From IMG/VR virus record IMGVR_UViG_3300023273_001138: 64,000 bases of DNA; one strand, written 5' to 3'. Positions 57,330-64,000 of the stretch are shown piece by piece. Below the pieces are notes generated by a model. That model worked only from the letters and a program-made list of their open reading frames with translations, made no database searches and was not told the DNA's origin. This DNA comes from an uncultured virus (IMG/VR IMGVR_UViG_3300023273_001138) (Duplodnaviria; Heunggongvirae; Uroviricota; Caudoviricetes). The position numbers and the translations under genes are program-made. Each line of letters starts with the position of its first letter. Position 1 is the first letter of the stretch.

Positions 57330-59036
57330 ATGAGCGATAGAAAATTATTTGATTGGATTAACGAAGAATCCGTTACCTTTTTAAGAAGGGGGTATTTAAG
57401 TGAAGGTGAAGAACCTTTAGATAGAATTAAAACAATTGCAAACCATGCAGAAAAACTATTAGAAATCGAAGGATTTGCTGATAAGTTTATTGATTATATG
57501 GGTAGAGGGTGGTATTCACTTTCATCACCTGTATGGGCAAACTTTGGTAAGAAAAGAGGTTTACCAGTTTCTTGTTTTGGTTCTAATATTGGTGATAACA
57601 TTGAATCAATTCTATATACTCAAGCTGAAGTTGGTGAAATGAGTAAAATGGGAGGCGGAACTTCTGGTTACTTTGGTAACATCAGAGGTAGAGGTGCTGA
57701 AATTACTGATAATGGACATGCACCTGGCGCTGTTCACTTTATGAATCTCTTTCAAAGTGTAGTAGATAATATTTCACAAGGTTCAACTCGTAGAGGTAGA
57801 TTCTCACCATACTTACCAATCGAACATCCAGATATTATGGAGTTCTTAGAAATTGGAACTGAAGGTGCAACTATCCAAGACCTTACACATGCGGTAACTG
57901 TTTCTGATGAGTTTATGGAAGAAATGATTGCTGGTGATACTGAAAAAAGAGCTGCTTGGGCAAAAGTAATCCAACGAAGAGGTGAAATCGGATATCCATA
58001 TATTATGTTCTCAGATACGATGAACAAAAATACTGTGGATGTTTATAAAGATAAAAACGCTAAAATCTATAACTCTAATCTATGTTCTGAAATCGCTCTT
58101 CATAACTCAGAGGAAGAATCATTTGTTTGTGTACTTTCATCTATGAATGTTCTACACTATGATGAGTGGAAGGATACTGATGCAGTTGAAACGATGACTT
58201 ACTTCTTAGATGCGGTTGTAACCGAATTCCTTACTAAGATTGAAGCTATTAGAGATAATGGTACAATTGAAGGTAAAAGAGCATTCTTCTACTTAGAAAA
58301 AGCATACAACTTCGCTAAAAGACAAAGAGCATTAGGTTTAGGTGTTTTAGGATGGCACTCATTTATTCAATCAAAAGGATTACCATTTGATAGTAGAGAT
58401 GCGGCAAGATTAAATGTTGAAGTATTTAAACTAATCAAAGAAAAATCATATAAAGCATCCGAAGAGATGGCTGAAAAATATGGTGAACCTGAATACCTCA
58501 AAGGATATGGTAGAAGAAATGTAACTTTGAACGCTATTGCACCTACCACATCTTCAGCATTTATCTTAGGACAGGTATCACAATCAATTGAACCAATTTG
58601 GTCAAATTGTTATGTAAAAGATGTTGCTAAAATGAAAGTAACAATCAAAAACCCAATCTTAGAAAAATTACTTGAGGAGTTGGGTAAAAATGATAAAGAA
58701 ACTTGGAATAGTATTAAACAAAATGATGGTTCGGTTCAGCATTTAGAGTTCTTAACTCCTATACAAAAAGAGGTATTCAGAACTTTTGCTGAAATCAATC
58801 AATCTACTATTATTAACCAAGCAGCAATCAGACAGGATTACATTGACCAATCACAATCTTTGAATCTAATGATTGCACCTGATATGCCAACTAAGGATGT
58901 AAACAAACTCCTTATTGATGCATGGAAGTTAGGAGTTAAAACACTTTACTACCAACACTCAATGAATTCAGCACAAGCTTTCGCTAGAAAGAAACTTGGA
59001 TTGAATGATTTACATTGTGTTGCTTGTGAGGGATAA
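57330..59036 (+). CDS. nrdA: Ribonucleotide reductase class I alpha subunit (no ATP-cone)
   Basis: VSCF, SNLCSEI, CVLSS, IAPTTSS, DQSQSLN, KTLYY and C-terminal CVACEG. Confidence 0.95.
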   Translation: MSDRKLFDWINEESVTFLRRGYLSEGEEPLDRIKTIANHAEKLLEIEGFADKFIDYMGRGWYSLSSPVWANFGKKRGLPVSCFGSNIGDNIESILYTQAEVGEMSKMGGGTSGYFGNIRGRGAEITDNGHAPGAVHFMNLFQSVVDNISQGSTRRGRFSPYLPIEHPDIMEFLEIGTEGATIQDLTHAVTVSDEFMEEMIAGDTEKRAAWAKVIQRRGEIGYPYIMFSDTMNKNTVDVYKDKNAKIYNSNLCSEIALHNSEEESFVCVLSSMNVLHYDEWKDTDAVETMTYFLDAVVTEFLTKIEAIRDNGTIEGKRAFFYLEKAYNFAKRQRALGLGVLGWHSFIQSKGLPFDSRDAARLNVEVFKLIKEKSYKASEEMAEKYGEPEYLKGYGRRNVTLNAIAPTTSSAFILGQVSQSIEPIWSNCYVKDVAKMKVTIKNPILEKLLEELGKNDKETWNSIKQNDGSVQHLEFLTPIQKEVFRTFAEINQSTIINQAAIRQDYIDQSQSLNLMIAPDMPTKDVNKLLIDAWKLGVKTLYYQHSMNSAQAFARKKLGLNDLHCVACEG

Positions 59037-59061
59037 TATTAAACATTAAATTATAAAAGCT

Positions 59062-59325
59062 ATGATAGAAATTAAAAAATTCGAAGCAGATTGGTGTGGT
59101 CCTTGTAGGATGTTAAAACCAACATTTGAAAAATTAGAAGAATCATTTGGAAATTCCGTAAAATTTTCGTATATTAACGTGGATGAAAACCAAGATGAAG
59201 CAGCTAAGTATTCAGTTCGTTCAATTCCAACCGTTGTTATTGAAAAAAACGGAGAATTGGTAGAAAGATTTACAGGTGCACAATCGGAGTTAGCATATAA
59301 GAATGCGCTAAACGAAGTTTTATAA
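59062..59325 (+). CDS. trxA: Thioredoxin
   Basis: WCGPC active site; SIPT cis-Pro loop. Confidence 0.95.
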   Translation: MIEIKKFEADWCGPCRMLKPTFEKLEESFGNSVKFSYINVDENQDEAAKYSVRSIPTVVIEKNGELVERFTGAQSELAYKNALNEVL

Positions 59326-59328
59326 GGA

Positions 59329-59532
59329 ATGCCAATACTAAGAGGACAGACTCATCCTTCTGCAAAATTAACGGATGAGCAGGTTATACAAATAAGAAGG
59401 TTATGGAAAATGGGACACCGAAATGTAAGAGTGATAGCTCGAAACAATAAGGTATCCCCAGCCAATATCATTAAGATTGTCAAAAATAAAACTTGGACAC
59501 ACCTAAATGAATTTTGGTCTGGTAGTTTATGA
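59329..59532 (+). CDS. Small helix-turn-helix protein (HNH-endonuclease C-terminal-like domain)
   Basis: RG..HP.AKLT...V..IR......IA....VS...I..I....TW.H. Confidence 0.7.
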   Translation: MPILRGQTHPSAKLTDEQVIQIRRLWKMGHRNVRVIARNNKVSPANIIKIVKNKTWTHLNEFWSGSL

Positions 59533-60296
59533 AAGAGGAGAAAACATATTGTGATACTTCTAAACTTTCCATTCGTCTTATAACCAAATCGGTAGCGAAG
59601 GATATCATTGTTAACAACCATTATAGTGGATTGTGGACAAAGGTATCTTACGCAATTGGTTTATTTACCTCTGATGTAGAAGAACATCCTTTTTTTGATA
59701 ATGTAGAAGATAAACTAATTGGAGTAGCTTGTTATGGAGACCCAATTGGTAGAAGTGCTGGACAATCAATATCCCCTTTATTGGAAAGAACTGAAGTATT
59801 AGAACTAACTCGATTATTCGTATTCGATGGATATGGTTCTAATATAGAGAGTTGGTTCTTAGGTCAAACTTTTGATTGGTTAAGAGAGAATGTACCACAA
59901 ATAAAAGCACTTATTTCATATTCAGACCCTAAAGAAGGGCATTGTGGTACAATTTACCAAGCAACTAATTGGTTGTATCAAGGTAACAAACTAAGATTCA
60001 ATGATAGTTGGGATTTCAGATGGGAAGCAGGTGGTGATTGGCACCACGGAAGAACTTCTTATGTGAAATTTGGAACAAATGACCCCAAAGAAATACAAAA
60101 AATGATATCATCTACTTTTTGGATAAAGAAAAATCCAAGAAAACATAGATATGTGTACATTTTAGCCAAAGGTGGTGAAAGAAGGAAGTTGTTAAACAAT
60201 ATTAAACATCCAACCTTCCCCTATCCTAAAGAAAATGAACAATTTGTGGAAGAAATTCATAGAATGGACCCGATAAATTTGGAAATTACAAAATAA
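59529..60296 (+). CDS. Mom-like (GNAT-fold) DNA modification protein, copy 1
   Basis: NHYS, GVACYG.P, LELTRL, SYSD...GH.GTIYQATNW.Y.G, KHRYVY. Confidence 0.8.
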   Translation: MKEEKTYCDTSKLSIRLITKSVAKDIIVNNHYSGLWTKVSYAIGLFTSDVEEHPFFDNVEDKLIGVACYGDPIGRSAGQSISPLLERTEVLELTRLFVFDGYGSNIESWFLGQTFDWLRENVPQIKALISYSDPKEGHCGTIYQATNWLYQGNKLRFNDSWDFRWEAGGDWHHGRTSYVKFGTNDPKEIQKMISSTFWIKKNPRKHRYVYILAKGGERRKLLNNIKHPTFPYPKENEQFVEEIHRMDPINLEITK

Positions 60297-60309
60297 TTTA
60301 GTATATTTG
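60278..60309 (+). promoter_or_regulatory. Bacteroidota-type promoter
   Basis: TTTG-N20-TATATTTG. Confidence 0.75.
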
Positions 60310-60326
60310 TAAAAATTAGTAGTATT

Positions 60327-60485
60327 ATGACTGAATCAGAAGAAATTGAAGAAATCTTAATGGAATCATCATCTTATGGATTAAGAATAGAAGTAATGAA
60401 AACTGCTTCTGAAATTATGGGAAGTAATCCCAAAATGAGAAAAGTAGATGCATACCAACAAGCTTTCAACGAATGGGTAAAGTAG
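60327..60485 (+). CDS. Small hypothetical protein, 52 aa (not in the ORF track)
   Basis: MTESEEIEEILMESSSYGLRIEVMKTASEIMGSNPKMRKVDAYQQAFNEWVK; directly after a promoter and overlapping the next start. Confidence 0.65.
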   Translation: MTESEEIEEILMESSSYGLRIEVMKTASEIMGSNPKMRKVDAYQQAFNEWVK

Positions 60486-61279
60486 AAGGAAAGAAATATT
60501 GTGATGCTAGTAAAGTAAGTATTGCACCAATAGCTAAATCTATCGCTAAAGATATGATTATCAAAAAGCATTACACTCATGCTTGGACTGCATGTAGGTA
60601 CGCTTTAGGTATCTATCATCAAATGGATGAAAAAGATATCTTTGGTAATGATAAAAAGTTGGTAGGAGTAGCTGTATATGGATTCCCAGTAGGAGCAAAA
60701 GCATCCACCTCAGTTTGTGAGGGATTAACAAAAGATAACATCTTAGAACTTACTCGATTGTATGTTGATGATGGGTATGGTTCAAACATTGAGAGTTGTG
60801 CATTAGGTAAAACCTTCCAATGGTTAAAGGATAACGATACCAACATCAAAGTTCTTCTATCTTATGCTAATAATGGACAAGGGCACTTAGGTGGGATTTA
60901 CAAAGCAACCAATTGGATTTATCAGGGATTGAATACTGATATCGCTCTGATGCCAAATTGGGGTATTTCACTATCTAATGACCCATACGATTGGATTCAC
61001 TCTCGAACTGTATTCAACAATTGGGGAAGTGGTAACTTAGAACATCTCAAAAAAGAAATCGGAAAAGAGGGATATAAAGAATTTTGGAGAAGAGAAGAAC
61101 CTCCAAAACATAGATACATTCAGATTCTTGCTCAAAATAAAAAAGAGAAAAAGGATTTGATGAAAAGGTTGAAGCATGAGATTCGACCTTATCCAAAAGA
61201 GTTGAATGATTATAATACTGAAGTAGTACATCATTTAACCTATCCACCAGAGGAAAGTAACGAAATAAATTTTTGGTAA
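60473..61279 (+). CDS. Mom-like (GNAT-fold) DNA modification protein, copy 2
   Basis: KHYT, GVAVYG.P, LELTRL, SYAN...GH.GGIYKATNW.YQG, KHRYI; clear paralog of 59529..60296. Confidence 0.8.
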   Translation: MGKVEGKKYCDASKVSIAPIAKSIAKDMIIKKHYTHAWTACRYALGIYHQMDEKDIFGNDKKLVGVAVYGFPVGAKASTSVCEGLTKDNILELTRLYVDDGYGSNIESCALGKTFQWLKDNDTNIKVLLSYANNGQGHLGGIYKATNWIYQGLNTDIALMPNWGISLSNDPYDWIHSRTVFNNWGSGNLEHLKKEIGKEGYKEFWRREEPPKHRYIQILAQNKKEKKDLMKRLKHEIRPYPKELNDYNTEVVHHLTYPPEESNEINFW

Positions 61280-61296
61280 AAAAAAGTGAAAAAATA

Positions 61297-61328
61297 TTTG
61301 GATAATTAAAAAATTATTCTTATATTAG
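61297..61328 (+). promoter_or_regulatory. Bacteroidota-type promoter variant
   Basis: TTTG-N20-TATATTAG. Confidence 0.6.
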
Positions 61329-61385
61329 TATCATAAAATTGAGCGGGGATGTTCCCCAAATGTTAAAACCCTAAAACAATAAGTT

Positions 61386-63146
61386 ATGGATTTTCCAAAA
61401 GTTACTAAAAAACAATTTAAAGAATTGATATCAAATATTAGAGATACCTATTTGGATTGGTGTGTTCATAATAACGAAACACACTTTGATGGTTGTACCA
61501 TTACATGGGGAGATTTAAAAATGTATCCCAAAAAATATCAAGGTGAATTGGAAGTTGGTGATATACAAAACTCTCAATCAAATAGAGACCCATCTATATT
61601 AGATACATCTAAAAAATTACCTAAAAAATTATCTTACGCACTTCGTATTATGGGTGGTAATTCATCTTTCAACTTCTTACCATTGGGTATGTTAGATGAT
61701 ACTATCGCTCTACAAGCAGAAGATAGAGGGCATGAGGGTACTATATTGTTCTTTCACTATGAAAAGTCTTGGTCAAAATCAATATGGAAAAAAGTACAAA
61801 GACAATTAGATTCTGAACTACCTGAAGATGATAGAACAGCTAGCACTAAATTGATTGCAGAAAATTTAAGTAATAAATTAAAAGATAAAAAAATAACTGA
61901 ATTATCTTTATCTGAGGTAATACCATCATCGGTATGTAAGAAGCAATCAAATACCAATATTCCGATTCAAATAAAAGTATATCCAAATCGTGCAATGCAT
62001 CGTAGAGAAATATTGGGCATCAATAATAGTGAGGATTCTTGGACAACTCACCAAAAGGGAATGTTATCAGCGGAGATAAAATTAGATGATAAATATGGTG
62101 TTGGTAATGATTATATGGATACTATCTATTCACTGGTAGAGGGAGATGAACTATTTCAGGGTGAAAAAACTATGTTTAGCCGCCATAACAAAGTAGGGGA
62201 TAAGATGGAACGATTTGAAGAAGAAATCATTATGTTATGGAATAGTTCTAGGAAAACTAGAACAGGTGGTATTTTGGATATTTATCGTGGATTTGATTGT
62301 TCAGCTGAAAAGAGAAGAATAAAGCAGTATGAGGATTATGTAATAGCTACTAATAAAACTGATGCTGAAAATGAAGCTAGTGTTGGTAAAGAATTTCTTA
62401 ATTGGATATCTGAATGTGTAGATATTAATACATTTGAAAATAACATAGAGCAGGTTATTAATAAGCATAATGGTTCATCAACTACCAACATCAATGATTT
62501 ATCTATGACTAAAGTGGATTCTGCACTAATGATAGCTCATTTGATTGATAATTATATAAAATTATCATCATCCAATCCAACGAAGGAAACGGTATTAAAT
62601 GTAACTGGTTATGTGTTACAAATGGCTTCTGATTTAATATTGGAATCAAAAGTACAAAACGCTTTAATTAAAGCTGGTACTGGTGCCAATGGGAGATATA
62701 ACAAATTCTATTCAATATTGGAAGAAGAGCTTAAAAAATTACCTTATGAAACTATTAGTGATGTAAAGAGTACTTTGATTTCTATGGCTAAACAATCATT
62801 AGATACCTCACTAAATCCAAATGGTGATATTTCTATGATTGACCGTAATAATGGTTCTAAATCTGAATTTAAAATAGTAACAGTTAATATATCAAATGGT
62901 GTTGGGTTTGATAAAGGACATAAAAACTCTGGAAAAGATGGTAAAGATATTTCTAATTTCTTCCTACAATTTTCAGGTGATAATAGATTTCATTCAAACA
63001 AACGAAACTTTATTCCATCGGAATACTCTTTGGAATATCTAAACTCCATTAAACAATTTATGAATACGCATGATTTAATGATGGATGATGATTGGCAAGA
63101 GGCATATCAAAACACTCGTAAATTTGTTAATAGTGTTTGGAAATAA
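61386..63146 (+). CDS. Hypothetical 586-aa protein with a possible C-terminal HNH-like motif
   Basis: Clean ORF; DKGH.....G..ISN..LQ...DNR..SNK near the C-terminus. Confidence 0.5.
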   Translation: MDFPKVTKKQFKELISNIRDTYLDWCVHNNETHFDGCTITWGDLKMYPKKYQGELEVGDIQNSQSNRDPSILDTSKKLPKKLSYALRIMGGNSSFNFLPLGMLDDTIALQAEDRGHEGTILFFHYEKSWSKSIWKKVQRQLDSELPEDDRTASTKLIAENLSNKLKDKKITELSLSEVIPSSVCKKQSNTNIPIQIKVYPNRAMHRREILGINNSEDSWTTHQKGMLSAEIKLDDKYGVGNDYMDTIYSLVEGDELFQGEKTMFSRHNKVGDKMERFEEEIIMLWNSSRKTRTGGILDIYRGFDCSAEKRRIKQYEDYVIATNKTDAENEASVGKEFLNWISECVDINTFENNIEQVINKHNGSSTTNINDLSMTKVDSALMIAHLIDNYIKLSSSNPTKETVLNVTGYVLQMASDLILESKVQNALIKAGTGANGRYNKFYSILEEELKKLPYETISDVKSTLISMAKQSLDTSLNPNGDISMIDRNNGSKSEFKIVTVNISNGVGFDKGHKNSGKDGKDISNFFLQFSGDNRFHSNKRNFIPSEYSLEYLNSIKQFMNTHDLMMDDDWQEAYQNTRKFVNSVWK

Positions 63147-63158
63147 TTAAAATAAAAT

Positions 63159-64000
63159 ATGAGAGTATTAGTAATACCTAATTATACAAATTTTGGACAA
63201 GTAAAGGATATCAATAGGGATTCGTTCCTATTGGTATTCAAGTCCTTTTTAGATAACACACAAATTGGAAAGGAGTGGGAGTGGGTCTTACCATATCCAG
63301 GTGGTGGAATGCACAATCATCCAGGTATTATAAACACTTTCGAATATCCGAATGTAACGATGTTACAAATGGACCCGATAGATTGTTTTCCAGCTAAGAT
63401 GAGGGTTGATTATCCTCACAAATTTTTTGAGAAGGTTATTGAGAAATATGAAGGAAAATTTAATCTCGTTTGGAGCCATTTACCTGAGTGGACAAATTTA
63501 TTTAAGATATCAAGAATCTACAATAAATTACAACCTATAATTGGCTACTGCCATTGGAGCGAAATACCCGAAAATGGTGCTAGAACGGAAAACTCATTTT
63601 GGACAAACATTAGAGGTATTTTACAAATGGAAGTTTGTGGTGTAAACTCTGAATATCAAAAAAGTGTTATTCTTAAAAACGCAGCTTTAGATTTCCAACC
63701 ACATATTGTTGAAAAGTTGGATAAGATTATTCAACCTTGGTATTTAGGATGTGATACAGCTACTCCTTCAAATGGATATGATGATAAAACAATCGTATTC
63801 AATCATAGAGAAGGTGTTTATACTGGTTCTAAATGGTTCTTTGAAACTATGGATGAGTTGTGGAAAGAAAGGCAGGATTTCAAAGTTTATACTACTTTGA
63901 AAGAAATGGGTAAACCTTATACAAAGTATATTGGAGCAGCTGATAGAAAAGTGTACCTAAGTCAATTATCAAAAGCACATTTTGGTGTTGGTACTTTCCA
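63159..64000 (+). CDS. GT-B fold glycosyltransferase-like protein (3'-truncated, not in the ORF track)
   Basis: ATG 63159, MRVLVIPN...LVWSHLPEW...GYCHW...TIVFNHR...YLSQLSKAHFGVGTF; frame open to the window end. Confidence 0.65.
   Translation, partial: MRVLVIPNYTNFGQVKDINRDSFLLVFKSFLDNTQIGKEWEWVLPYPGGGMHNHPGIINTFEYPNVTMLQMDPIDCFPAKMRVDYPHKFFEKVIEKYEGKFNLVWSHLPEWTNLFKISRIYNKLQPIIGYCHWSEIPENGARTENSFWTNIRGILQMEVCGVNSEYQKSVILKNAALDFQPHIVEKLDKIIQPWYLGCDTATPSNGYDDKTIVFNHREGVYTGSKWFFETMDELWKERQDFKVYTTLKEMGKPYTKYIGAADRKVYLSQLSKAHFGVGTF

Noticed and set aside
1..64000. Stop-codon reassignment
   Set aside because: Conserved genes are full length in the standard code, and TAA, TAG and TGA all end genes.
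1..64000. tRNA/rRNA genes, introns, inteins
   Set aside because: Intergenic gaps are short with no cloverleaf seen by eye; RecA, helicase and RNR have normal lengths. A tRNAscan/Infernal run would be needed to exclude them fully.

Overview
A 64 kb fragment of a large, AT-rich, T4-like contractile-tailed phage genome. All credible genes are on the + strand and use the standard code. Repeated TTTG-N19/20-TAnnTTTG promoters, AT-rich leaders mostly lacking Shine-Dalgarno sites and a Flavobacteriia-type ribonucleotide reductase point to a Bacteroidota host. Bases 1-33.4 kb encode giant virion/fibre proteins (>1480 aa, 4590 aa, 3866 aa) and small accessory genes. Bases 33.5-45 kb form the tail core (sheath, tube, gp26/gp51-like pair, tape measure, baseplate). 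Bases 45-64 kb hold an atypical family-A polymerase, an endolysin, SSB/RecA/5'-3' exonuclease/helicase, a histone-like + SET + MazG + RNR + thioredoxin operon, and a modification cluster (two Mom-like genes, a partial glycosyltransferase). The most unusual signals are: ten phycobiliprotein-like C-x-R-D repeats; blue-copper-type motifs inside a giant fibre; a thumbless PolA with an altered steric gate; a histone-H1-like/SET pair; a probable +1/-2 frameshift between the gp26-like and gp51-like ORFs; and a virion-wide (S/T)-x-S bias. All family calls come from motif recognition by eye; no database search was run.
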